Source: Prolixibacteraceae bacterium | GTDB lineage: Bacteria; Bacteroidota; Bacteroidia; Bacteroidales; Prolixibacteraceae | Direction: 5' to 3' | DNA: 64,000 nt | Assembly (NCBI GenBank): GCA_963678565.1 | Contig: OY782875.1 | Span: forward strand, 1,265,770-1,329,769 | Shown: piece after piece, positions 46,268 to 55,864 of the stretch | Position numbering within the stretch: position 1 is the first letter of the stretch | Layout: every line of letters begins with the position of its first letter | Made by a program: the position numbers and the translations under genes | Notes under the pieces: generated by a model | The model's input: only the letters and a program-made list of their open reading frames with translations | Databases searched by the model: none | Told to the model about the DNA's origin: nothing

Positions 46268-47173
46268 ATGCTTAAAGTAAGTGTCATATTAACTACCTAT
46301 AATTCAGAGCGATTTATTCAAAGAGCGCTTACCTCACTTAAAAGTCAAGAAGGGCAAGGCAAATTGTTTACTCTTGAGATTCTTGTTATTGATGATTGCT
46401 CCTCAGATACTACGGTTGAAATACTTAATCAAAACGGTATTGATTTCTTGTCCACTTCAAAAAATAGTGGCGGTCCGAATACTGGACGCAATATTGGATT
46501 GAAGAGCGCAACAGGTGATTACATTGTTATAATGGATCACGACGATGAGTGGTTGCCTAATAGAATTAAACAGCAACTAAAATATGCTGAATTAGCTCCC
46601 ATAGTTACTTGTGGATATAATGTTATAGAAAACGATTTAAAATATATTCCCAAGGTTTCAAAATCAACATCCAAAGTTATTCAATATAAGAAGAATGAAA
46701 CCTTTATCGATAAGATTTCGAAGGTGAAGAATAAGCAGATTACCTATTTAGGAAGTATCATGTTTAATTCTAGTTTGAAACAAATAATATTCGAAGAATA
46801 TTTCGGACAGATTGATTTTGATTGGATCGCTCGAATTTTTCACCAGAATAACTCAATTGAGGTTTGTGATAAATTGTATAACCGATATGTTTATGATGAA
46901 AATTTATCGCTTAATAAAACATATCGCATTCGTGATTACTACTTCTCGTTAATGACCTTGGAAGAATTTGTTAAAGATTACCCCAAAGAAGTGAATTTGG
47001 GAAGAAAGCGAATTAATGGAACACGTGCTCGATATCACTATTTAATTGGAGAGAAGACGGAGGCTCGTTACTATTTCAAAAAGTCGAGTTTCAATTTGAA
47101 AACTGTTCTTTTTTTGCTAACCAGTTTTGTGGGGCATAAGTTAGTTGTTAAAAAATTTAATTTCTTCGGTTAA
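46268..47173 (+). CDS. Glycosyltransferase family 2
   Basis: VSVILTTYNSERF start and DDCSSD / DHDDEW (DxD) motifs. Confidence 0.82.
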   Translation: MLKVSVILTTYNSERFIQRALTSLKSQEGQGKLFTLEILVIDDCSSDTTVEILNQNGIDFLSTSKNSGGPNTGRNIGLKSATGDYIVIMDHDDEWLPNRIKQQLKYAELAPIVTCGYNVIENDLKYIPKVSKSTSKVIQYKKNETFIDKISKVKNKQITYLGSIMFNSSLKQIIFEEYFGQIDFDWIARIFHQNNSIEVCDKLYNRYVYDENLSLNKTYRIRDYYFSLMTLEEFVKDYPKEVNLGRKRINGTRARYHYLIGEKTEARYYFKKSSFNLKTVLFLLTSFVGHKLVVKKFNFFG

Positions 47174-47181
47174 TTCTACTT

Positions 47182-48021
47182 ATGAAAAAGCAAGCACCTT
47201 TAGTTTCGATTTGTATCCCAACCTACAATGGTGAAGCATTTTTAGCTGAAGCAATTGATTCGGCTATCAATCAAACTTATCGTCCATTAGAGATTGTTAT
47301 TTCTGATGATGCATCAAAAGACAATACGAAAGCGATTATTAAAGAGAAGCATAACGAAACTGATATACCGTTGACCTTATTCAACCATAAACCCAGTGGA
47401 ATTGGAGCAAACTGGAATAACTGTGTGAAAAATTCGAAAGGGGAGTTTATTAAATTTTTATTTCAGGACGATTTATTGAATGAGAATTGTATTGAAGAAA
47501 TGATGCAATTTCAGATTAATTCTGAAGAAGAGCTTGGTTTGATTTTTTCAGATCGTACCATATTTGGTGAAATAGACTCATTGGGATTGAAAAATTATCA
47601 ATATTTTAATTATGAGCCTATTTTTAATGGTTATGATATTCTAAAAAGGAAAGATTTATATCATCATCCGCGAAACAAAATTGGAGAGCCTATAACAACA
47701 CTTATACCAACGAAAGTATTAAAACAGGTTGGTTTATTTAATGAACAATTAGAACAATCATTAGATTATGAGATGTGGTATCGTATCTGTCATCATTATA
47801 AGATTGGTTATATCGATAAAGAGCTTGTAAAGTTTAGAATTCATAAAAATCAAACAACTCAGAATAATATCAAGAAAGTAACCAAAGATCGTTATTTATT
47901 ACCTTTATTATTGCTTAAAAAACATTGGACTGTACTAAATGCAAGAGTTTTGGTTTTGTTGTTGTATAAATTACTGAGCGGTGGAAGTTGGTATTTTTTT
48001 AGAAAGAAGGTTATTCTATAG
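47182..48021 (+). CDS. Glycosyltransferase family 2
   Basis: VSICIPTYNGEAFL, SDDASKDNT and FQDDL motifs. Confidence 0.82.
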   Translation: MKKQAPLVSICIPTYNGEAFLAEAIDSAINQTYRPLEIVISDDASKDNTKAIIKEKHNETDIPLTLFNHKPSGIGANWNNCVKNSKGEFIKFLFQDDLLNENCIEEMMQFQINSEEELGLIFSDRTIFGEIDSLGLKNYQYFNYEPIFNGYDILKRKDLYHHPRNKIGEPITTLIPTKVLKQVGLFNEQLEQSLDYEMWYRICHHYKIGYIDKELVKFRIHKNQTTQNNIKKVTKDRYLLPLLLLKKHWTVLNARVLVLLLYKLLSGGSWYFFRKKVIL

Positions 48022-48064
48022 AATATTTATTTTACTTATTTTAAATAGCTTTTGTATTTGGTTT

Positions 48065-48964
48065 TTAGAATAGTATTTTTCTGATATCTTTATTTTTTAG
48101 CAGCATCGGTTTTCGTATAACATTTAGGATATATTTTTTTTTGAAATGACGTTTTTCAATTAATCCCATTTTAATTAGCACTAGAGCTAGTTGAGGAGAT
48201 AATTTTTTAATCGATTTGAATTTTGTTAATATACTATTAAACGATTCTAAATTAGTTTCTTCTTTTAATGATGCGATTGCTTCTATAATAGAGTTGATTA
48301 TGTTTTTCTTATTATAATTGACGCCAGATGCAGTACTTGCATTTTTACGTACAAAAAATAACCTATCAGCCATTTCAAATTCAAAAAAGTTAACCACTAA
48401 TTTCCATAAAGTTACATAGTCACTTGGTGCAAGTTTGTTTTTAACCTTCACAAAGCCATTAATATCGGCAAAGGTTTTTCTTGAATAACATGTTCCACTT
48501 GGGGTTACTCCTCCCCAGTTAAAAATATCTAGTGCATTTATACCAGCTGCAATTTCATTTAAGCGATAACCACCTTTGCTCCAAATTGGAAAATAATCTC
48601 GAAATAAACTTCTTCCCCATAGAACGTATCGTTTTGGAAAACCTCTTTTTTGAATTATTTCATAAAACTTTGTTAATGAATCAGAAAGCAATTGATCATC
48701 AGAATGGCAAAATATTATATAATCACCTTTTGCTTTTTCAAGACAGATATTATGATTTTCAAACATACTAACAGTCTCATTATTTGTTATGGTTCTTATT
48801 GTATCTCCAAATTCATTTAATATGTTTTCAGTATTATCAGTGCTGTTATTATTTACAACTAGTATCTCATAATCTTCAGTGAAACTTTGACTAATGCAAC
48901 TTGTAATCGTGTTCTTTATTGTTTCTTCATTATTGAAGGTGGGAATTGCTATCGTAAATATCAT
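48065..48964 (-). CDS. Glycosyltransferase family 2
   Basis: FTIAIPTFNNEETI, NNNSTDNT and CHSDDQL motifs. A 4-nt start/stop overlap with the upstream gene. Confidence 0.8.
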   Translation of the reverse strand: MIFTIAIPTFNNEETIKNTITSCISQSFTEDYEILVVNNNSTDNTENILNEFGDTIRTITNNETVSMFENHNICLEKAKGDYIIFCHSDDQLLSDSLTKFYEIIQKRGFPKRYVLWGRSLFRDYFPIWSKGGYRLNEIAAGINALDIFNWGGVTPSGTCYSRKTFADINGFVKVKNKLAPSDYVTLWKLVVNFFEFEMADRLFFVRKNASTASGVNYNKKNIINSIIEAIASLKEETNLESFNSILTKFKSIKKLSPQLALVLIKMGLIEKRHFKKKYILNVIRKPMLLKNKDIRKILF

Positions 48965-49842
48965 TTTTTAAAAGTCTTTTTAATATTGTTAATCAAACTA
49001 TCTGATGCTTCCCAATCTGGGATTGTTTTATTGTTTTCCCATGGTTGCATTACTTCTCGCAGGCGATAAGGCTTTTTTCCCCAATTTATTTTAAGTTTTT
49101 TACCTGTTGCTTTTTCAAATAAAATAGCAAGATCTTTTAAGGTATATTTTGTTTTGGCTCGAACCGCAAATGTATCGCCATTTTTAATTCGTGCATCTCC
49201 TGTTTCTATGTGTTTTACGAGAAGGCTATACGCACTTACAACATCATCAATGTGAGAAATATCAATTACTTGATTCCCTGGTGACATATCTAATGACTCA
49301 CCCGAATTTGCTATTTGTTCCCATAAATTAAAAATTTTTGGTCGTCCATCATTTATTCCAAAAGTGTCTGAAAGCTTTATTGTACAAAAGTTGATCTTAT
49401 TTGTTTCCCAATAATATCTTGATATACTTTCAAATGCTTGTTTACTGGCAGCATATAGATTCACAGGAGAATATTCCTTGTTTTGGTAATGCTGCCAAAA
49501 TGTGCCAGTATTGATGAACCAATTTATTTTTGCTACAGAAGCACATTCTAAAACATGAGTTCCAAATCGGACATTAACATCAATTAATTGATTTGCTTGA
49601 TTTGATGAATGGTTAGTAAGATATAAAGATGCTAAGTGAATGATTATATCAAATTTTTCATGTTTAAAAAATTTAATATCAATATCTGGATTTTCTTCGC
49701 ACAAACGGTAGGTAGCAACATTGTTTCCAAAAGGAGATGATGCTTCACCATGAAGGTTAATTGTAATTTTATGGTTATTTACTAGATTATTAACTAAGTG
49801 TTTTCCAATAAATCCTGTGGCGCCTGTAACAAATATTTTCAT
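48961..49842 (-). CDS. Extended SDR NAD(P)-dependent sugar 4-reductase (CDP-3,6-dideoxyhexose synthase-like; AscF/RfbJ/RfbS-type)
   Basis: GATGFIG Rossmann motif and YAASK catalytic motif; 293 aa. Last sugar-nucleotide step in the rfbFGH-type operon. Confidence 0.65.
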   Translation of the reverse strand: MKIFVTGATGFIGKHLVNNLVNNHKITINLHGEASSPFGNNVATYRLCEENPDIDIKFFKHEKFDIIIHLASLYLTNHSSNQANQLIDVNVRFGTHVLECASVAKINWFINTGTFWQHYQNKEYSPVNLYAASKQAFESISRYYWETNKINFCTIKLSDTFGINDGRPKIFNLWEQIANSGESLDMSPGNQVIDISHIDDVVSAYSLLVKHIETGDARIKNGDTFAVRAKTKYTLKDLAILFEKATGKKLKINWGKKPYRLREVMQPWENNKTIPDWEASDSLINNIKKTFKK

Positions 49843-49850
49843 TTTAATCC

Positions 49851-50387
49851 TTAAAAAGGTGACTTGAAATTATCAAAAGAAACAAAGCTTTGGTCTCTTT
49901 CTGATATCGTTGGATTTTCAATCTTCCAATTAAATCCAAATGAGTCAAACTTTATTCCTTTATCATTATGTGGAGAGTATTCGGTGCTTTGATTATATTC
50001 TATTATCGTTTTGTCTTCTAAAGCAACAAAGCCATGTGCGAAACCAGTAGGAATGTATAAAGTTATGCCTTCTTTGCTATCAATATCTATATCGAAATAT
50101 TTACCATAAGTTGATGAATTTTTTCTAAGATCTAATGCAACATCGCAAATTCGACCATTAATAACGTTTACCAATTTTATATGATCATACGGTGGTGTTT
50201 GAAAATGCATTCCCCTAATTACATTCTTGTTTGAAATCGAATAATAACGTTCTCTGATTTCCAAATCGATCCCTAATTCTCTATATATATATTGATTGTA
50301 TGTCTTAATAAAACTTCCTCTATTATCATTAAAAACGGGGTTTTCAATAATGAATAAACCATCAAATTTTGTTTTTATTATTTTCAT
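49851..50387 (-). CDS. RmlC-fold sugar nucleotide epimerase (AscE-like 5-epimerase / dTDP-4-dehydrorhamnose 3,5-epimerase family)
   Basis: Cupin RmlC motifs NRGSF..., RGMHFQ and GFAHGF; 178 aa. Confidence 0.8.
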   Translation of the reverse strand: MKIIKTKFDGLFIIENPVFNDNRGSFIKTYNQYIYRELGIDLEIRERYYSISNKNVIRGMHFQTPPYDHIKLVNVINGRICDVALDLRKNSSTYGKYFDIDIDSKEGITLYIPTGFAHGFVALEDKTIIEYNQSTEYSPHNDKGIKFDSFGFNWKIENPTISERDQSFVSFDNFKSPF

Positions 50388-50412
50388 TTTATTTGGTCAT
50401 TTAAGAAAATGT

Positions 50413-51096
50413 TTATTCCCAATCATCAGTCAATATATTATTTCTATGAACGCCTTTTTTAATTAAAATTTCTTTAAAAGAAAAAATCATTGCCGGAGGT
50501 CCTGAAATAAAAAAATCAACATCAGTCCCAGTTTGTTTTATTATTTGATCAAGTTTAATATGACCATCAGTATCTTCGTAAAAATCATATATTGAAGCGG
50601 TTGGATTAGTTATATGATTCAATTCTTGCTTATAAATATTAAAATCAATGGATTTAAAACCAAGGTAGATTTTAGGGTTAATATATTCTCTAAATGTTTC
50701 ATGTGTAAAGAGAGACAAAAATGGCGTTATTCCTGTTCCTCCCGCTATAAAAACAGTATTTGTTTTATTATGATCTTGTTGAAATAAATCACCATATGGT
50801 AATTTAAGCCACAACTCCATCTCTGGCTTGAGTTGCTTTTCCATTTCTTGAGTAAAAGTTCCCTTTACAGCATAAGTGATTGTCAGTGTTTTATTTGTCG
50901 GATTACTTTGCAATGAAAAGCATCGAGATTCAGGCCATTGCTCACTACCATCGTAATCAGCATCTAATGCTAAATGTAAAAATTGTCCAGGTTGATATTT
51001 AAAAGGTCGTTTTAAAGATTCGAACTCAATCGTATATATGCCTTTAAATGGATTTTTAATGGATATTATTCGTGATCTATATTTCTTTGCAAGCAT
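50413..51096 (-). CDS. FNR-like FAD/NAD(P)-binding reductase (E3/AscD-like module without a ferredoxin domain)
   Basis: RCFSLQS (RxYS-type FAD motif) and GGTGITP (NAD motif). Only 227 aa. It starts 5 nt after the E1 gene stop, so there is no room for an N-terminal [2Fe-2S] domain. Confidence 0.65.
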   Translation of the reverse strand: MLAKKYRSRIISIKNPFKGIYTIEFESLKRPFKYQPGQFLHLALDADYDGSEQWPESRCFSLQSNPTNKTLTITYAVKGTFTQEMEKQLKPEMELWLKLPYGDLFQQDHNKTNTVFIAGGTGITPFLSLFTHETFREYINPKIYLGFKSIDFNIYKQELNHITNPTASIYDFYEDTDGHIKLDQIIKQTGTDVDFFISGPPAMIFSFKEILIKKGVHRNNILTDDWE

Positions 51097-51101
51097 TTTT
51101 A

Positions 51102-52421
51102 TTAAGATTGTCGTTCCGAAATAAATTCATCTAGTATCCCTTTAGCATAAGTAAACATTTCTGTTGTCAGTCCTGGATAAGTTCCTAAAAAGAAGGTATT
51201 GTCCATTATATGATCAGTATTTTCAAGATGGTCTGCAATTCTATAATCTCGGTTCATAAAACCAGGTTGCTTGGTCATATTTCCAGCAAACAAATTTCTT
51301 GTTTCAATTAGTTTCTTGTTAAAGAATGCAGTGAGCTCATCTCTTGTAAAAGGAACATTCTTTTTTAAGGTAACAATAAACGCAAACCAAGCTGGGTCTG
51401 AGTTTTTAGTAGCTTCAGGAAGAATGAAATAGTCGTCGTATTTCGAAAATATTCGATACCATTCTTTGAAATTTTCTTTTCTTTTTTGACAAAATTCAGG
51501 AAGCTTTGCAATTTGTGCCGCTCCAATTGCAGCCTGTATATCGGTCATTTTTAGATTATAACCGATTTCAGAATATACGTATTTATGGTCAAATCCTAGT
51601 GGCAGATTTCCAAATTGTTGTGAAAAACGTTTTCCGCAGGTGTTGTTTTCTCCCCCAGCACAGTAACAATCGCGTCCCCAATCTCTGAATGCTCTTACTA
51701 ATTGTGCCAATTGAGGGTCGTTGGTACAAATTGCACCTCCTTCTCCTGTTGTGATATGATGAGCTGGGTAAAATGAAATGGTTGATAAGTGTGCAAAACT
51801 TCCAGTTTTTTGCTCGTTGTAGGCGCTACCAAAGGCATCACAATTATCCTCAATTACCCATAGATCATATTTTTCGGCAAGCTCCATAACAGCTGAAATA
51901 TTAAATGGGTTTCCAAGTGTATGCGCAATAAAAATACATCGTGTTTTTGATGTAATAGCTTTTTCAAGCATCTCAATGTCGATGTTGTAAGTAGGTATAT
52001 CTACGTCGACAAATACAGGAATCATACCATATTGTATGATTGGTGTAACAGTTGCTGGAAAACCCGCAGCTACTGAAATTACTTCATCTCCAGGTTTTAA
52101 TTTTTTATCTCCCAGTTTTTCTGATGTTAATGCAGAAAAGGCCAAAAGGTTTGCAGATGATCCAGAGTTGGTTAGTAACACATGTTCAACATCTAAAAAG
52201 TCAGCTATCTCGTCGGAGAATTCCTCGGAAAAGCGTCCTTCTGTAAGCCAAAAATCAAGTGATGCTTCAACTGCATTGCATATTTCTTGTTCGTCAAAAA
52301 CCCGTCCAGCATAGTTTACTCGAGATTTTCCTGGAATAAATTCTTTTTGGCCAAATCGAGCTTGATAATATTCGATGGTTTTGGTTAGTATTTCTTTTCT
52401 AAGTGTTTTATGATCGGTCAT
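51102..52421 (-). CDS. rfbH: CDP-6-deoxy-L-threo-D-glycero-4-hexulose 3-dehydrase (E1; PMP and Fe-S dependent)
   Basis: DegT-like fold in which the PLP-Lys position reads His (SFYPAHHITTGEGG), plus a Cys cluster RDCYCAGGENNTCGKRF. Both are hallmarks of E1/DdhC/RfbH. Confidence 0.85.
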   Translation of the reverse strand: MTDHKTLRKEILTKTIEYYQARFGQKEFIPGKSRVNYAGRVFDEQEICNAVEASLDFWLTEGRFSEEFSDEIADFLDVEHVLLTNSGSSANLLAFSALTSEKLGDKKLKPGDEVISVAAGFPATVTPIIQYGMIPVFVDVDIPTYNIDIEMLEKAITSKTRCIFIAHTLGNPFNISAVMELAEKYDLWVIEDNCDAFGSAYNEQKTGSFAHLSTISFYPAHHITTGEGGAICTNDPQLAQLVRAFRDWGRDCYCAGGENNTCGKRFSQQFGNLPLGFDHKYVYSEIGYNLKMTDIQAAIGAAQIAKLPEFCQKRKENFKEWYRIFSKYDDYFILPEATKNSDPAWFAFIVTLKKNVPFTRDELTAFFNKKLIETRNLFAGNMTKQPGFMNRDYRIADHLENTDHIMDNTFFLGTYPGLTTEMFTYAKGILDEFISERQS

Positions 52422-52433
52422 ATGTATTCGAAA

Positions 52434-53516
52434 TTAATTTAAATGATCAGCGTAAAACTGATTAATTTGAAATAAAGTAATCGTTCGCATATTTTCCCCA
52501 TTAAAATAGGCTTTATGCCATTCCACAATACTTTGTAATGCCTGTAATATATCCCATTTAGGAGACCACTGTAATTCAGCCTTTGCTTTTGAACAATCGA
52601 GTTTTAAATAGGTCGCCTCATGCAACGTTTTATTTTCATTTATTTGATAGGTTGCTTCTGGTCCCCATAATTCACAAAGGTTTTTTGTAATCCAACCCAC
52701 ATCTTTTGCATCAGAATCGTTAGGTCCGAAGTTCCAAGCTTGAGCGTATTTTGCACCTTCAGCGTAAAGCTTTGCTGCAAGAGTTAAATAACCATTTAAT
52801 GGCTCTAAAACATGCTGCCATGGACGAATGGCACCTGGACTTCTAATTTCTAGCTTCTGATTTTTCGATATTGCGTTTATAAAATCAGGAATAAGTCTAT
52901 CGTTAGCCCAATCTCCTCCACCAATTACATTTCCTGCACGAGCAGTTGCAATGGCTACTCCATGATCTTGGTATACTTCAGCATTGAAAAATGAATTTCT
53001 GTAGGCAGCAGTTATTAATTCAGAACAACCTTTGCTATTTGAATACGGATCGAAGCCACCCATCGGTTCATTTTCGCGATAGCCCCAATACCATTCTTTG
53101 TTTTCGTAGCATTTATCAGTTGTTACGTTCACAACAGCTTTTATTGTTGGAGTATTACGACAAGCTTCGAGAAGATTAACTGTTCCCATTATGTTGGTAG
53201 AGTATGTGTCAACCGGAAATTTGTACGAATCACGAACCAAGGGTTGCGCAGCCATATGGATCACAATTTCAGGTTTTATTTCCAACATTACCTTTTGTAA
53301 ATGTTCTAAATCTCTTATATCACCAATATGCGAGGTTACTAGTTCTTCAATTTTTGCTTCGACAAATAAACTTGGCTGGGTTGGAGGTTCAAAAGCGTAT
53401 CCATATACATCTGCACCCAATTGGTTTAATAAAAGACTCAACCAAGATCCCTTGAAACCAGTATGACCTGTGATGAAAACTTTACGGCCTTTGTATATAT
53501 TACTGAATAAATTCAT
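52434..53516 (-). CDS. rfbG: CDP-glucose 4,6-dehydratase
   Basis: FITGHTGFKGSWL N-terminus, YSNSK catalytic motif, 360 aa, next to rfbF. Confidence 0.88.
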   Translation of the reverse strand: MNLFSNIYKGRKVFITGHTGFKGSWLSLLLNQLGADVYGYAFEPPTQPSLFVEAKIEELVTSHIGDIRDLEHLQKVMLEIKPEIVIHMAAQPLVRDSYKFPVDTYSTNIMGTVNLLEACRNTPTIKAVVNVTTDKCYENKEWYWGYRENEPMGGFDPYSNSKGCSELITAAYRNSFFNAEVYQDHGVAIATARAGNVIGGGDWANDRLIPDFINAISKNQKLEIRSPGAIRPWQHVLEPLNGYLTLAAKLYAEGAKYAQAWNFGPNDSDAKDVGWITKNLCELWGPEATYQINENKTLHEATYLKLDCSKAKAELQWSPKWDILQALQSIVEWHKAYFNGENMRTITLFQINQFYADHLN

Positions 53517-53540
53517 TCTTATTAATTGGGAAGATTTAAA

Positions 53541-54314
53541 TTACCATTTTATCCATGGAGCTGTTCCATTATCAATCATTTCTTCCAGCTTATTTTTATC
53601 TCTTAAGGTATCCATTGGTTTCCAAAAACCAATATGTTTGTATGTGTATAGCTGACCATCTTTGGCTAGGCTTTCAAGCGGTTGTCTTTCAAATACCGAT
53701 TTGTCGCCATCTGTTATGTAGTTTAAAACTTCTGGTTGACAAACAAAAAAACCACCATTAATCCAACTTCCATCACCTTTCGGTTTTTCTTGAAAAGTAG
53801 TTACTCTATTTGTTTTGGATATTTGTAAAGATCCAAACCTTCCTTCAGGTTGAACCGCAGTCATGGTAATTGCTTTTCCATGATTTTTATGGAAATTAAT
53901 AATCTCGGGAATATTTACATCTGCTACGCCATCACCATAGGTAAGCATAAACGGTTCGTTATCAAGATATTTTTGAACTCTTTTAATTCGACCACCTGTC
54001 ATGGTCTCAAAACCAGTGTCAATTAAGGTAACTTTCCATGGTTCTGCATGAGGAGCATGATGGGTAATTAGATTATTTTCCATATCAATAGTCATGTCTG
54101 ACATATGACTATAATAATTGACAAAATATTCTTTGATCATATAACCTTTGTAACCACATAGAATTACAAATTCATTAAAACCATAGTGGGAATAAATTTT
54201 CATTATGTGCCATAAAATTGGTTTTCCACCAATTTCAACCATTGGTTTTGGTTTTAGAGTTGTTTCTTCAGAAAGTCGTGACCCAAGTCCTCCTGCCAAT
54301 ATTAATACTTTCAT
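53541..54314 (-). CDS. rfbF: Glucose-1-phosphate cytidylyltransferase
   Basis: MKVLILAGGLGSRLSEET..KPKPMVEIGGKPILWHIM is characteristic of RfbF/DdhA; 257 aa. Confidence 0.9.
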   Translation of the reverse strand: MKVLILAGGLGSRLSEETTLKPKPMVEIGGKPILWHIMKIYSHYGFNEFVILCGYKGYMIKEYFVNYYSHMSDMTIDMENNLITHHAPHAEPWKVTLIDTGFETMTGGRIKRVQKYLDNEPFMLTYGDGVADVNIPEIINFHKNHGKAITMTAVQPEGRFGSLQISKTNRVTTFQEKPKGDGSWINGGFFVCQPEVLNYITDGDKSVFERQPLESLAKDGQLYTYKHIGFWKPMDTLRDKNKLEEMIDNGTAPWIKW

Positions 54315-54418
54315 GCTAAAGCAATATCATATTTAAAATCAAAAATTATCATTCGTTGTCGTAAAATAATTCAAAATTATGCAGACACACAAAGGTAAAA
54401 AATTGAATATAAGATCAA

Positions 54419-55864
54419 CTATGATTTTAGTCTTTCTAGGAGAATGTCGGTGATGCTAATTTTTTTTCGCAGGAGTAAAATTAGGCCAGAATAACTAAGG
54501 ATACCGATTATAATGCAAAGTATAAAATGAGAAATTTGTTCTGTTGGTGTCATTAAGCGTTTACTCCACCAAACGATTAAGCACATAAAAAAGGTTGATA
54601 TTACAATAGGATAAAGACTCCGAATAAAATCGAGGAAGGGCAATTTTATATTTTTTGCACTAAAGATATAGATAGGAATAATTTGAATACCATAGACAAT
54701 AATATATGCATAAACCAATCCTATTACTCCATTGTATTTGAGCCCTAAATAAAAGCCAATAGCATAAACTGGTAAGCTAATCAGGTTTATTTTTAAGGGG
54801 ATATCTGGTCTTCCTGTATTTAAATACAATACTCCATTGACCGTAAAAATTGATTGCGGAATAGCAACCAGTGCTAAAAGCGAAAGAATAGGAATTGTTT
54901 GTAGCCATTTTTCACCCAAAATTATTGAGACAAATGACTCAGAAAGAAGTGCAAACCCGGCTAATAATGGAAATGTTACTAACGCAATCGTTTGAATAAC
55001 TTTTAAGTATACCAACCTTATTCTATCGATATCATTGTTGATGCTTGAGAATGATGGGAAGAGTACATCTTTAATAACATTACTGATGTTTCTAATTGGT
55101 AATAACATAATTTGGTATGCCATATTATAGACTCCCAAAGCCTGTTTGCCAATTATTTTACCAATCATCAAATTGTCAAGATTACGCATCCAATAGGTTA
55201 AGAATCCATTGGCTGTTACACTAAAACTATACTTCCACAGTACTTTTATTTTGTCGAGGCTGAAATTAAAACTAGGTTTGTAGTTCGAAACAAATAATAC
55301 AATGATTGTTCTAAATACCATATTTATTACTGCACGAAATACCAAACTCCAAACACCAAAACCATAATAGGCAAAAACAATTGCTACAACCGATGATAGC
55401 AATAGTGATATATTTTCTACAATTGCTAATAGCTTAAAGTCAATTCGTTTCTTTAATTCAATGAAATTTACGAGTCCGAATGATTGTATTAAAAAGATGA
55501 CCGAAACAACCTTAATTAAATTATTTAATTTGGGTTGGTCGTAAAAGTTTGAAATAACTGGAGAAAGGATGAAGAATAATGCCGAAAGGATCAGCCCAAT
55601 TATGACATTTAATACAAATACAGAGTCTAACTCTAATTTTGAATTTTCTTTCTTATAAATCAACGCCTGTCCAAAACCAAAGTCTGTGAAAAGCATTCCA
55701 AAACTTGAGAAGACTGTGATCATAGCAAACATACCATAATCATCAGGAGATAGTAATCTTGCAAGAATGATAGAAAAAATAAATTGCAAAGCTTGAGTTG
55801 CGAATTTATTTAGAAATGACCATTTAAATCCTTTGAGTGCATTTGATTTGAACTGGCTATACAT
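54419..55864 (-). CDS. wzx: MOP-family polysaccharide flippase (Wzx-like)
   Basis: About 12-14 TM helices, 481 aa, polysaccharide biosynthesis protein pattern, in the glycan locus. Confidence 0.75.
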   Translation of the reverse strand: MYSQFKSNALKGFKWSFLNKFATQALQFIFSIILARLLSPDDYGMFAMITVFSSFGMLFTDFGFGQALIYKKENSKLELDSVFVLNVIIGLILSALFFILSPVISNFYDQPKLNNLIKVVSVIFLIQSFGLVNFIELKKRIDFKLLAIVENISLLLSSVVAIVFAYYGFGVWSLVFRAVINMVFRTIIVLFVSNYKPSFNFSLDKIKVLWKYSFSVTANGFLTYWMRNLDNLMIGKIIGKQALGVYNMAYQIMLLPIRNISNVIKDVLFPSFSSINNDIDRIRLVYLKVIQTIALVTFPLLAGFALLSESFVSIILGEKWLQTIPILSLLALVAIPQSIFTVNGVLYLNTGRPDIPLKINLISLPVYAIGFYLGLKYNGVIGLVYAYIIVYGIQIIPIYIFSAKNIKLPFLDFIRSLYPIVISTFFMCLIVWWSKRLMTPTEQISHFILCIIIGILSYSGLILLLRKKISITDILLERLKS

